Assembly (NCBI GenBank): GCA_040766005.1
Contig: JAXGRI010000011.1
Coordinates: forward strand, 15,292-79,291
DNA: 64,000 nucleotides
Source of the DNA: Flexilinea sp.
GTDB lineage: Bacteria > Chloroflexota > Anaerolineae > Anaerolineales > Anaerolineaceae
Reading direction: 5' to 3'
In this document: one piece after another, positions 20,936 to 31,192 of the stretch
Position numbering within the stretch: the stretch's first letter is position 1
Layout of the letters: every line of letters starts with the position of its first letter
Translations under genes and position numbers: made by a program
Notes under the pieces: model-generated
Databases searched by the model: none
The model's input: the letters and a program-made list of their open reading frames with translations, nothing else
Told to the model about the DNA's origin: nothing

Positions 20936-21714
20936 TGCAATGCCTCCAGAGTTGCGATTGAAGAATTGAAATCGTCTTCAGAAAAAACTTCCAGCGTGAC
21001 GACATGCGGATAGTTCATCTGATTGATAACATTTATAACCCCAGCTACGGTTTCCGGGGGTTGATGTTTCAGAGATTGGTGGTCACGGGTACCGATCCCG
21101 TGTAAGTGAATCACACGCGTGTGCGACAGGCGTTGTTTCAAATATTCTGTGGCATCGCGCTGCTGGAGCCAGAGATGACCGATGTCGATACATTCGCTGA
21201 TCGAAAGTTCATCCAAAATCGGCTGATTCCACTCCGCCGGATAACTTTCCAGATTTTCGATAGCCAACTGTTTTGGGGAGTCGAAACTGGGCAGCAGACG
21301 GTAAAGCGCCATCATGCTGTTTGCCTGCCATTGCTTATGTTCTTCCGCAGACAAATCCAGTGAAACTTGATGACTGTCCAAATGGAGCACATAAGCATAC
21401 GGGTTGAGCGCCTGAGTGGCTGCAACAGTCATCAGAATGAGGTCAACAGCCTGCTCAGCTTGACTTCCGCTAAGTTTCAAATCCAACGGAAGGTGAACGG
21501 TGTAGCTCAAAGCATGATCCAACGCCAGAGCGTTGAGCTCGGCAACCTGCGCCACTGAAGGGATATTTCCCTCCTGCCCGGTCTCAAATAAAACCAATTC
21601 AATATCGTCTACTTTGTCAGCCAGGAAGCGGACGTTTGGAATGATTTCATCCGGGATGATGTAAGAGCTGGTACCTAGTCGGAACGGCGCATTCTCGAAG
21701 GCGGCGGATCTCAT
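20932..21714 (-). CDS. cbiR: Cobamide-remodelling phosphodiesterase CbiR-like TIM barrel (AP endonuclease 2 superfamily)
   Basis: FRLGTSSYI, DDIELVLFE, YTVHLPLD, AIENLE, CIDIGHL, VIHLHG..RDHQSL, VTLEVFS; lies between cobS and cobU. Confidence 0.8.
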   Translation of the reverse strand: MRSAAFENAPFRLGTSSYIIPDEIIPNVRFLADKVDDIELVLFETGQEGNIPSVAQVAELNALALDHALSYTVHLPLDLKLSGSQAEQAVDLILMTVAATQALNPYAYVLHLDSHQVSLDLSAEEHKQWQANSMMALYRLLPSFDSPKQLAIENLESYPAEWNQPILDELSISECIDIGHLWLQQRDATEYLKQRLSHTRVIHLHGIGTRDHQSLKHQPPETVAGVINVINQMNYPHVVTLEVFSEDDFNSSIATLEALQ

Positions 21715-22466
21715 ATGGTTGGCTGTAATGTTTTGATGAGCGTACAGGCTATTAATAGAATGGTCTCGGTAACTTCGATAGAGAATCCCAGCACATCCCC
21801 AGTAATTCCACCGATTTTATATAGCGCGAGCCTGCCAATCAGAAACCAGCAAAGGGCTGCTGTAGCCATCAGTACCATTCCGGTTGCTAAACCGAAAAGT
21901 GCCAGGAAAAACGGTGCGATGGACGAAAGAAGCAGCGCATATTTGGGGAGGGAAGCTTTCATCCCGGCTGCCAATCCGTTTGGGTTGACAACGGGCAATT
22001 GCAGCAGGAAAACAGTCCCGAGCCGCGCCAGTGCGGCGATGAGCGGGAACAGATAGAATACTTGTTTAGGGCCAAGGTTCCCGATTGCAGCAACTTTCAA
22101 AAGAATCAGGCACAAAACGCCCAGCTGAGAGAAGGTTCCGTGCTGAATGTCCTTCATGATTCTCAGCCGTTTTTCAGGATCCCCCGCATAAAAGAAGCCG
22201 TCACAGGTATCGCTGAAGCCATCCCAGTGAAGTGCGCCTGTGAGCAAGATCCAGGCGATCACCGTCAGTACCGCTGGAATCGGAGAAGGGAATAAAGCCG
22301 CTGCCAACCAGAAAAGGAAAGCTGTCAACAATCCAACCAGCATGCCGGCGACCGGATGCCAGATCATCGCACGGCCAAATGAATCCGGCTGGCTGTGACC
22401 TGTTTTGGGTATCGGAAAATTGGTTATAAAGCCCAATGCTTCGAAAAACGGTGAAAAAAATTTCAT
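21711..22466 (-). CDS. cobS: Adenosylcobinamide-GDP ribazoletransferase (cobamide synthase)
   Basis: LTGALHWDGFSDTCDG, RLRIMKD, KIGGITGDVLG..E; polytopic. Confidence 0.95.
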   Translation of the reverse strand: MKFFSPFFEALGFITNFPIPKTGHSQPDSFGRAMIWHPVAGMLVGLLTAFLFWLAAALFPSPIPAVLTVIAWILLTGALHWDGFSDTCDGFFYAGDPEKRLRIMKDIQHGTFSQLGVLCLILLKVAAIGNLGPKQVFYLFPLIAALARLGTVFLLQLPVVNPNGLAAGMKASLPKYALLLSSIAPFFLALFGLATGMVLMATAALCWFLIGRLALYKIGGITGDVLGFSIEVTETILLIACTLIKTLQPTI

Positions 22467-22945
22467 GCTATGGTAATCATATCAAATTTGAATCCGGCGC
22501 TCTCAAAATCCGCGACGCATTCCGGGCGGATCACGACCAATGCCCGCTGATATTCAGCGTTTCTGAGGCAGTTGAAGGCTGCAGCATAACCTTTTTGATC
22601 CTGAAATTCGAGCGGACCCAGTTCATCAATGATGAGGAGTTCGCAGGTTTGGACACTATTCAAAAAATCGTTAACCCAGTTAACTACTTGTGGATCAATG
22701 ACCCAATGCCGGAACGGCTCGCCTGCCAATTGTCCTGTTTGATTAGATCCCGCCAGTTTCTGTTCGCCGGTTTCGAGATTCAGAGCGTAGAAACCGATCT
22801 TTTTGCCATTTTGATAAATCGCTGGTGAGAGCACTCCGGCAACTCGTTTTCCTTGAATGGCATATTCTTCCGCAATTTCCTTGCAAGTGCTGGTTTTTCC
22901 GCTGCCGCGCCCGCCGCTGACAACAGTGATTTTCTTCTCGCCCAA
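22463..22945 (-). CDS. Small P-loop NTPase (THEP1/NTPase_1, DUF2478-like)
   Basis: GGRGSGKT Walker A, VAGVLSP, KIGF, LLIIDELGPLE Walker B; AGGAG RBS before TTG. Confidence 0.85.
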   Translation of the reverse strand: MGEKKITVVSGGRGSGKTSTCKEIAEEYAIQGKRVAGVLSPAIYQNGKKIGFYALNLETGEQKLAGSNQTGQLAGEPFRHWVIDPQVVNWVNDFLNSVQTCELLIIDELGPLEFQDQKGYAAAFNCLRNAEYQRALVVIRPECVADFESAGFKFDMITIA

Positions 22946-23044
22946 ACAACGCTCCTAACAAAAAAGAGATTATCAACAAATGTATTATACGGCTTTTTTA
23001 TTCTGTGAGATAATACGGGAGTTCTAATGGTCATTGTTTGAGTA

Positions 23045-24034
23045 TTGAGAATGATAAAGGCGAAAAAACACAAGAAACTGTTTTTGTTGTTGGGGGTTCT
23101 ATTACTGAGCTTGTTGTTTTCGTTCCTGGTCGGCAGATATCCGCAGCCAGGATTGATTGATCTCTGGAAGCTTAATCAAGATGCGATTGGCTGGAACATT
23201 TTTTATAATCTGCGCGTGCCGAGAGTCATTCTTGGACTGCTTCTGGGGATGGCTTTGGGGGCTTCCGGGCTGGTTTTTCAGACAGTTTTTAACAATCCGC
23301 TGGTGGGTTCCGGCATGTTGGGCGTTACGCAGGGCGCTGCTTTCGGCGCCGCTATCGGTATCATCTTTTTCCAGGGGAAATCCTGGGTGGTGCAGCTGCT
23401 GGCTATCGGACTGGGGTCTGCCGGCTTGGTGTTCTCTGTGTTTTCCGCTCGACGGATTCACTATGGCGGCTGGACGCTGCGCCTAATCCTGTCCGGCAGC
23501 GTGGTGTCCGCCCTATTTGGAGCGGGGCTTTCGCTGCTTAAATATCTGGCGGATTCGCGCAACCAGTTACACGCGATTGAATTTTGGCTGATGGGCGGGC
23601 TGAATTTTACGACCTGGCGTGGATTACCTGCCGTGATCCTGCTGGTGACGATTTCGCTGATCATCCTTTGGAAATTGCGCTGGCGGATTAATCTGCTGGC
23701 GTTAAATTCCGAAACTGCCGGATCGTTGGGCGTGTCTGTCGTCAGGGAACGGTTACTACTGCTGACTGCTGCGGTTATTGCGGTTTCTACGGCTACCTCT
23801 CTGAGCGGTATCGTCGGTTGGGTAGGGTTGATTGTGCCACACCTGGCGCGTAAGATGTTTGGCGCTGATACCCGCTATTCCTTTCCGGCAAGCGTCCTGA
23901 TTGGCGGTATTCTGGTTTTGGTTAGCGATAATGGACTGCGGACGATTCAACCACTGGACGTTCCGCTTGGGATTGTCACTTCTTTTGTTGGAGTGATCAT
24001 TTTTATCATCATAATGGGCATGAGAAGACGATGA
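23045..24034 (+). CDS. FecCD/BtuC-family ABC permease 1
   Basis: LRVPRV, FQTVFNNPLV, GAAFGA, FWLMGGL, GIVGWVGLIVPHLAR. Confidence 0.92.
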   Translation: MRMIKAKKHKKLFLLLGVLLLSLLFSFLVGRYPQPGLIDLWKLNQDAIGWNIFYNLRVPRVILGLLLGMALGASGLVFQTVFNNPLVGSGMLGVTQGAAFGAAIGIIFFQGKSWVVQLLAIGLGSAGLVFSVFSARRIHYGGWTLRLILSGSVVSALFGAGLSLLKYLADSRNQLHAIEFWLMGGLNFTTWRGLPAVILLVTISLIILWKLRWRINLLALNSETAGSLGVSVVRERLLLLTAAVIAVSTATSLSGIVGWVGLIVPHLARKMFGADTRYSFPASVLIGGILVLVSDNGLRTIQPLDVPLGIVTSFVGVIIFIIIMGMRRR

Positions 24035-24817
24035 CCACGATACAAAACAAATTGTTCGCATTGAAAGATGTCTGTTTTGCCTATGAAAGCGATGAAGATT
24101 TCAGCCTGATCGGGGTTAACCTTACGCTTAACCGGGCAAATCATCGCAGTTCTGGGGCCAAACGGATCCGGAAAAACAACCATGCTGAAGATCGCCAATG
24201 GCAGGCTTGAACCTGAAACTGGCGAAGTTCTTTATGGCGACAAACCATTGCGGCAGTTTTCCCGGCGGGAAATTGGGCAAACGATCAGTTTTGTGCCGCA
24301 GTCTGAACGGATTGCCTTTGAATATACGGTCCTGGAATATGTCTGCATGGGACGGACGCCCTGGCTGGGACCACTGGAGCAACCTTCTGATCGCGACCTT
24401 GAAATTTCCGCGGAGGCGCTGCGCAATGTCGGTATGGATGGGTATATTGACCATATTGTGACCCGCCTTAGCGGCGGGCAACAGCAGTTGGTATTGTTGG
24501 CGCGTGCCTTGACGCAGGAGACACAGGTGCTGCTGTTGGATGAAGCTTCGTCTCAGCTGGATTTGGCGAACAAACGAAGGTTTTTGGATATTATCAAGCG
24601 GCTGGCGTCCGAAGGAAAGTCGATTATCCTGTCGACTCATGAACCGGATGTGGCGGCGGCAATTGCGGAAAAAGCGGTGTTGATGAAAAACGGACATGTC
24701 GCGGTTGCCGGACCAATGTCACAAGTTTTCACCCGTGATATTTTGCGTGACGTTTACGAAACGCCGATTGATTTGGTTGAAATTAACGGCAGAAAGGTCG
24801 TCCTTTGGACACCCTAA
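24031..24817 (+). CDS. FecE/BtuD-family ABC ATPase (frameshift near 24130)
   Basis: GPNGSGKTT, FVPQ, LSGGQQQ, LLLDE, STH; ATGA overlap with permease 1. Confidence 0.92.
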
Positions 24818-25809
24818 GAAAAAGAGGCGCTTCTGCGGCTTTGAAGATTGCGTTGCTGTTGTTGTTGCTGGCAGTCGTTTTTATTCTTTCGGTGCTGGCA
24901 GGGAGATTCCCGCTGCCGGGAATTCAATCGCCGCAAACGATCCTTGCCTCGGAAATGCATCGCAGTATTCTGATTCACCTCCGTCTGCCGCGGGTTCTGA
25001 TTTCGCTGATTTTAGGAATTTCACTTTCAACGGCGGGGCTGATCCTCCAAACAATCTTTAACAACCCGATGGTTGAGCCGGGTTTTCTGGGTGTGTCTCA
25101 GGGGGCCTCGTTTGGCGCCGGTTTGGCTATCGTGTTTCTTAACGGGCGAAATGAAGAAATCCAACTCTTTGCAGTTTTTTTTGGCATGTGCGGTTTGGGA
25201 TTGTCGATCCTGCTTGCCAACCGATTCAAATTCGGTTCATGGGTGATGCGTGTGGTGCTTGCCGGAATCGCCGTATCGGCCCTATTTTCTGCCGGATTGG
25301 GAATTCTGAAATACTTTGCGGATCGTTATGAACGGTTGCCGCTGCTGAGTTTTTGGCTGTTGGGCAGCACCGGGCGAGTTACCTGGACGACATTGTTGCC
25401 GATCCTGCCTGTTTTTGGATTTGTGCTGACAATCATTTTTCTATTGCGTTGGCGGTTGAACCTGCTTTCGCTTGATGATGAAACGGCGCTTTCCATCAGC
25501 GTCAACGTGAAAGCGGAGCGATTGCTTTTTATGTTCTGCTCTGTAGTAATTACCGCAATTTGCATCTCTCTTTGCGGGATTATCGGCTGGATCGGGATGA
25601 TTGTGCCGCATATTGCGCGGAAGCTGTTTGGGGCGAATACAGCCTATACGATTCCTGCCAGCCTGTTGATCGGTGGTATTCTGATGATTGTTTGCGATGA
25701 CCTGGCGCGGGTGATGTTCCCGGTAGAAATTCCTTTGGGGGTTGTGACATCCTTTGTCGGTGCCGGATTGTTCCTGCCGGTGATGAGCTCACGCCGCGTA
25801 AAGAAATGA
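24805..25809 (+). CDS. FecCD/BtuC-family ABC permease 2
   Basis: LRLPRV, QTIFNNPMVEP, GASFGA, FWLLGS, GIIGWIGMIVPHIAR. Confidence 0.92.
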   Translation: MDTLRKRGASAALKIALLLLLLAVVFILSVLAGRFPLPGIQSPQTILASEMHRSILIHLRLPRVLISLILGISLSTAGLILQTIFNNPMVEPGFLGVSQGASFGAGLAIVFLNGRNEEIQLFAVFFGMCGLGLSILLANRFKFGSWVMRVVLAGIAVSALFSAGLGILKYFADRYERLPLLSFWLLGSTGRVTWTTLLPILPVFGFVLTIIFLLRWRLNLLSLDDETALSISVNVKAERLLFMFCSVVITAICISLCGIIGWIGMIVPHIARKLFGANTAYTIPASLLIGGILMIVCDDLARVMFPVEIPLGVVTSFVGAGLFLPVMSSRRVKK

Positions 25810-25888
25810 GAATGGGACTTTTTACCATTCTTTTTGACGGAATCTTCCCGATCTGGGTTCAGCGATGCTGAACGTTTGTTTTTGTTTC

Positions 25889-25917
25889 TTGACGATCCAG
25901 CGGAAAAACAATACACT
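25889..25917 (+). promoter_or_regulatory. Internal sigma70-type promoter before the binding-protein gene
   Basis: TTGACG (25889-25894), 17-bp spacer, TACACT (25912-25917). Confidence 0.5.
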
Positions 25918-25955
25918 TTTAATAAATATTTAAAGAATTATTATCGGAGGATTCC

Positions 25956-27020
25956 TTGAGAAAACATTCGTCGTTTTCATTTTTGTTGGTATTTATTGCA
26001 GTGTTTTGTGTCTTTCTGGGCACGGCATTTGCTGAAGAGATCACAATCACTGACGTTCTTGGCAGAGAAGTTACCATCAACGTTCCGCCGGAATTGGCGG
26101 TTGTTGCGGGAAAGAAAACCGGCACGATCAGTGAAGTTCCATTCATGTTCAAACATGCATCCGGACATATCGGCGCTTTTAAGGGCGGACAAGATAAAGG
26201 GAAGTTCATGGCTCTGATCGAAAATGATGCGCCAGCGATGGAAGACTCAAGTGTCGAAGCCATTGCAGCGATGAAACCGGATCTGATTTTCCTGAAAAGC
26301 TATACGCGTGAAGATGCCGGGATGGCATTTGAAGAGACCGGAATTCCGGTGGTATATCTGAGTTTGGAAACGTTTGATGATTATCAAGTTGACATCATGA
26401 ATGTGGGTAAGGTCATGGAAGAGGAAGAACGTGCCAGTGAGATCCTTGCCTATTATGATGAAATTGTTGCGCGGGTGGCAGAGAAGACGAAGGATCTGGC
26501 CGAGAAAAAGCGCGTGCTCTTGCTGCAATATGCAGAAACAGATGGTGCATATACCTTGAAAGTTGCGCCGGTGAGCTGGCTTCAGACTCAAATTGTTGAA
26601 CTTGCCGGCGGCGAACCGGTTGGCACTGAAGTTGGAATGAACGCGAATTCATGGATCGACGTGAACTTTGAACAGATCGCTGCCTGGGATCCTGATGTCG
26701 TGCTGGTTGTGAACTACTTTGCGGATCCGAAGGCCAGTGTTCAGAAACTGTTGGGCGAACCGGGCTGGGCGCAACTGCGCGCTGCAAAAGAGGAGCAGGT
26801 GTTCCCGTTTGGGAAGGATACGCTCAGCTGGGATTCAGCGTCACCGCGCTGGGGACTGGGACTGTTGTGGACGCTTAAAACCGTTTATCCGGAACTTGGT
26901 GAAGATATCGATCTGGACCAGGAAATGCTCAAGTTTTACCGCTGGTTTGGGCTGAGCGATGAAGTGATTGAAGAAAATCTGATTGCCGCCTATCACGCAG
27001 AACCGGCGTTGGTACCGTAA
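25956..27020 (+). CDS. Fe-siderophore/cobalamin-type ABC substrate-binding protein
   Basis: Signal peptide ending TAFA-EE; ITDVLGREVTI, SVEAIAAMKPDLI, GIPVVY, VNFEQIAAWDPDVV. Confidence 0.9.
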   Translation: MRKHSSFSFLLVFIAVFCVFLGTAFAEEITITDVLGREVTINVPPELAVVAGKKTGTISEVPFMFKHASGHIGAFKGGQDKGKFMALIENDAPAMEDSSVEAIAAMKPDLIFLKSYTREDAGMAFEETGIPVVYLSLETFDDYQVDIMNVGKVMEEEERASEILAYYDEIVARVAEKTKDLAEKKRVLLLQYAETDGAYTLKVAPVSWLQTQIVELAGGEPVGTEVGMNANSWIDVNFEQIAAWDPDVVLVVNYFADPKASVQKLLGEPGWAQLRAAKEEQVFPFGKDTLSWDSASPRWGLGLLWTLKTVYPELGEDIDLDQEMLKFYRWFGLSDEVIEENLIAAYHAEPALVP

Positions 27021-27037
27021 CTGCCTGGCAATTTAAA

Positions 27038-27081
27038 TAAAAAAGATCTCCCTGTTTTCAAAAACAGGGAGATCTTTTTTA
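27038..27081. terminator. Bidirectional intrinsic terminator
   Basis: AAAAAAGATCTCCCTGTTTT-ca-AAAACAGGGAGATCTTTTTT between convergent genes. Confidence 0.9.
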
Positions 27082-27126
27082 TATTGAAGCAATAAGCCCG
27101 CAGCAGGGTTTATCCATTTTTATCAA

Positions 27127-27990
27127 TCAGGAAAGCAAAAAATGGTTCATTATCGGCTTCCAATATACCAGCGCGACTTTCACCCGCATATTCAGCCGGA
27201 AATGGTCCTCCTCAGGGAACAGGTTTTCTGCCAGCATTTCACGGATCTCCCGGTCAAAGCGCGTATCTGATTCTGGGAGACGGAATCGTTCACGGATACT
27301 CTGAAACGCCACTTCCAGCGAATCAAACACCTTTGGGTGCGGATGCTGGCGTTCCTCGAATAGCACGTTCGCATGAATCCCCATCGTCAACAATGCGTTA
27401 TACAACACTGTGAAATTTGGGCTGTCGTGCGGCTGTCCCCAGATCCTTTGTGAAAGGATTGCCAGAGGATCTGATGCCAATGGTGCGCGGATCAGCAGAA
27501 AACAGACCTTGCCAGCGCATTCCTGCATCTGACGGATCACTGTTACAAGGTCAGGCATGGCGTACATCGCGTGCGAGCAGAGGACGAAATCATGTTTTTC
27601 TGCTTGTGTTTCAGGCCATGCACCGGCGATCAGCCGGACATTTTTGGTTCCGAGTTCCTTTTGCTGTGCTAAGAAAACGGCACGCATCCCGGCAGATGGT
27701 TCGATGGCGGTCACACTGCGCAGGTATGGCGCCAGAAAAAAAGCCCAGTTGCCTGTGCCGGCGCCGATGTCGAGTAGCGTGGAACCGGGGTTTTCTTTGA
27801 AAATTTTCACCAGAAAATCACGGGTTGTATCCGGTTGACGCCAACGTTCGCGGACACGCTCAGCAAACTTTTGTGCGTTTTCTTTCCAATAATCAAAAGG
27901 CTGGCCGTTCTCACAATTGAAGCTCTTGTCTCGTAACGTCACCAGCTCCTGCCAGAGGCTGACCCAATTTGTCATCTGTTCCAATTTCAC
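27127..27990 (-). CDS. Class I SAM-dependent methyltransferase
   Basis: LLDIGAGTG, VTAIEPSAGM, HDFVLCSHAMY. Confidence 0.9.
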   Translation of the reverse strand: MKLEQMTNWVSLWQELVTLRDKSFNCENGQPFDYWKENAQKFAERVRERWRQPDTTRDFLVKIFKENPGSTLLDIGAGTGNWAFFLAPYLRSVTAIEPSAGMRAVFLAQQKELGTKNVRLIAGAWPETQAEKHDFVLCSHAMYAMPDLVTVIRQMQECAGKVCFLLIRAPLASDPLAILSQRIWGQPHDSPNFTVLYNALLTMGIHANVLFEERQHPHPKVFDSLEVAFQSIRERFRLPESDTRFDREIREMLAENLFPEEDHFRLNMRVKVALVYWKPIMNHFLLS

Positions 27991-29126
27991 CTGCTTTCGT
28001 CCGTTAAGTTGCCACTTCCAAACCTGTTGCGATAAAAAGTGATATGTTTTTTTGCAATTGAGCGCCAGCCGAGCGATTCTTGAGCAAATTTCCAGCCATG
28101 CATGCCCAGGATGTTCCGCAGTGTCTTATTTTCGATCAGTTTTTCCAATGCCTGTTCCAGCGCGTACACATCGTTCGGCGGGACTAACAGACCCGTTTCA
28201 TAATCGCGGATCATGTCTGGAATCCCACCAACATTCGTGGCGATGACCGGTTTGCGGAAAGCGAAGGCGGTTGGAATAACGCCTGATTGCGTTGCGGACA
28301 GGTACGGCAGCGCGACAATTGCGGACTGCTGCATCACTTCCGCAACCTCCTCATCACTCAGGAAACGATTTGTGATGCGGATTTGCGTTTCTTTGCGGTA
28401 GAACGATTCGTAAGGCTGAAGGTTGCCGCCGCCGGCGATATGAAGAGTCCAGTCAGGATGACGGCGTAGCACACGTTTTGAAGCTTTCAGTAGTACGTCA
28501 ATCCCCTTGTACGGTTCAATTCTTCCAAAGAAGAGGATTTCTTTCTTGGGAGCCAGTGGCGTATCCAGTGTGCTGCTGAAAAAATCATAAACGCCATGAG
28601 GGACAACGAGGATATCCTCTTTCTTTTTTCCTTCTGACACCAAAATTTCTTTCCCTTTTTCCGTCAGTACGACAAAACCATCCGGCTGATGGCGGAAAAT
28701 TCCTTCGGTGACGCGGAAATGGAACGGAACACCTTCATGATGGATCACATCGTGAAGCGTGTATATTAACGGTTTTCGGCGAATCTGCCGAATATAAGCG
28801 CCGAGTATCGGATTCCATTCTTGTGCAGCAGTAATATGCACAATGTCCGGATCGAATGAATTGAACACACCGGTAATTTTCTTCCAGATTGCAGGGCGGA
28901 ACAGACCAGTAAACGTGCCGCGTGCACCTTTACCAGTTAAAAGTTCAATTTGATTCTGTGGCGGCAAATCATAGCCGGCAATGTGTTCTGCGCCTGCAAT
29001 ACTGATCACGCGCAGATCGCAGAGGTGCTGCAGTTCACGTACCAGACAATCATTAAAATGCAGCAGCCCGCCTCTTCTTGTCAGGCAGATAATCAAAATT
29101 TTCGGGGTGGTTTCATCGGTTTTCAT
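27987..29126 (-). CDS. GT4 glycosyltransferase
   Basis: TLHD, VPHG, FFGRIEPYKG, LPYLSATQSG, KPVIATNVGG, GLLVPPND. Confidence 0.93.
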   Translation of the reverse strand: MKTDETTPKILIICLTRRGGLLHFNDCLVRELQHLCDLRVISIAGAEHIAGYDLPPQNQIELLTGKGARGTFTGLFRPAIWKKITGVFNSFDPDIVHITAAQEWNPILGAYIRQIRRKPLIYTLHDVIHHEGVPFHFRVTEGIFRHQPDGFVVLTEKGKEILVSEGKKKEDILVVPHGVYDFFSSTLDTPLAPKKEILFFGRIEPYKGIDVLLKASKRVLRRHPDWTLHIAGGGNLQPYESFYRKETQIRITNRFLSDEEVAEVMQQSAIVALPYLSATQSGVIPTAFAFRKPVIATNVGGIPDMIRDYETGLLVPPNDVYALEQALEKLIENKTLRNILGMHGWKFAQESLGWRSIAKKHITFYRNRFGSGNLTDESR

Positions 29127-29137
29127 TGAGCGTATTA

Positions 29138-31192
29138 TTATTCCGTTTTATTTGGCAGAAAGGTGCAATCCAAGAGTGCGGAAGCTTCCGCCACCGCAGT
29201 TTTATTCGCTGCTCCGGGAGCAATCTCCCGTTCAATGCGCTGCCAGAGGGCGCAAAGCGGATTATTCATCATAGGTGTCACCTCAAGCATTTCGTGAGTT
29301 AATCTTAATGCCTTTTCCCATTCGGATTGATGGGCATACCCTTCAATAAAGGGAATGCGCTCCATCGGATCGTTGGGATGATCGCTCAGCGCAAACGCCT
29401 CGTCACCCAAATGCGCAACAGTCTTCCAGTCTCTCTGCTGCCGGGCGAGGTCAGCATGTTCATAATACCAGCACCAGTTTTTCCCCGGCTCAGCACCAAA
29501 AAGTGTGTTGTCCAAGCCAGTCAGATCACCGGATTGCGGAAGAATACGCGCTTTGTTTGTCAGCAAGGCGGCTTCCCGGTCGATGATCGGGATTGTCTGG
29601 TTAAAACCATCCACCTCAGGATCAAGCACATGAACGCAGCCGGGAGCTTTGTAATACACACTGATCGCGTCCTGGTGTTCCCTTCAAAGCGGGCGGAAAG
29701 ATATTCCTGGACAATGCGTTTCCCCACTTCAAAGCGGCTTAGCGTTTCTTCGCGCTTGGTATTTGTATATAGCATATAAGGCATGTTTCCGCCGGAATAT
29801 TCCGGCGCATAGATCCAGTTGAGGGGCGCTGTCAGCGGTTATCACTGCTGAAACGGATGGGCATGACGTTGGTAATCAAAACGGTGTTGGCTTCCAGCGC
29901 AGGGATGCGCCACTTTAGCTGATAGAAAAAATCACGCGTGGTTGTCCAGTCGCGACGGTAGGCGTTAGCGGTCACAAACTGATCGCCGGTGCCAAACGCA
30001 ACAAGGGCAGCGCAGCCCAGCAGGATCAGGCGTGTCAGCGTTCAGTGCGCATGAAGAACCTGAACAGACCGGTCATAAACAACGCCATGCCAAGCAGGAA
30101 AGGCAATGTATAGCGGCTGTTGGGAAAGACAAATGAGAGCCAAGATTGTGTCAGCCAGAACGGCTGACCGCCGAGTAGCATCGCTATCAGCCCAGTCAGC
30201 ATCATCTGTACTGAATCAGGGGACGGTTTTTCTTTTCGGCGGCTGGAATAAATGAAGAACAGTGCGGTTGTGATTCCCAATGCCAGACCGATCACCGCCA
30301 GATAAACGGCGAACGTCTGGCTGCCCAACTGCGACTGGCTGGGTAGTTGCAGCGCTTTTCCCCACGCCTGAACGGTTACAGCGAACAAGTCGCGGGCAAT
30401 GGCTGCAAAATAATCAACTGTTGTTTGCAATGGCGCTTGTTTCAGCTGGCTGAGCAGAGAAAAATCATAATGAAGCGTTTGGGTGCGGTTGAAGAAAGCA
30501 CGGTAGAGGACGCCAGCCATAAACAACAACAGATAAGGCGCGCTATATTGGGTAGTTCTTTTTATAACCGCTTTTTCTTCATCGGCTTGATGGCGCACTT
30601 TAAGACAGATGAGCAGCGGGCGCAGCAGTTCCAGCAGGAAGAAATATTCCGAGGCAAACAGATTCACCGCGCTCAACGACAACGCGCCGATAGTCAGCGG
30701 CAAACGGTATCTCCCCGTGCGAATGACTCGCAGCGTCAACGAGAATGAGATCAATAGCAGACTGAGAAGCAGATAGGAAAAGCCGAAATTCAATGCGATC
30801 GGCTGCATGGTAAAACCGGGATAAACAATAAAGAAAGTGGCTGCCAGCGCAGCGTTTAGCTTGTCTGTATTCCATATTCGAAACACCAGCCAACCGACCA
30901 GTGTCGCACAGCCGGTTCTCATCAGCAATCCATAAAGCTGGATTGTCAGCGGATTTTTCCCGGTGAATGTCATCACAATATTTTGAATTTGGCCTGCCAG
31001 CGGACGGCTGAAACTGAAATGGCGTTCCATGCCCGCGGCGCCCAATTCAAATTTGGTCCACAAATACGCCCAGTCGTCCCAGTAAATTCCGAGCCGGCGG
31101 ACGACCAATCCATATCCGAGGATCATCAGCAAAGCCAGTGCAACCGGCAGCGGACAATACCCGTTTTCAATACGGTGTAATAGTTTTTTCAT
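29138..31192 (-). CDS. Polytopic membrane protein, GT-C-like, with soluble C-terminal domain (frameshifted at 29560-30035)
   Basis: GIYWDDW after TM1, SRP, EYF, SRYTLP; C-terminal WCWYYEHADLARQ. Confidence 0.65.

Noticed and set aside
22946-23044. Cobalamin riboswitch upstream of the cob or ABC genes
   Set aside because: The region is too short and AT-rich, with no B12-box.
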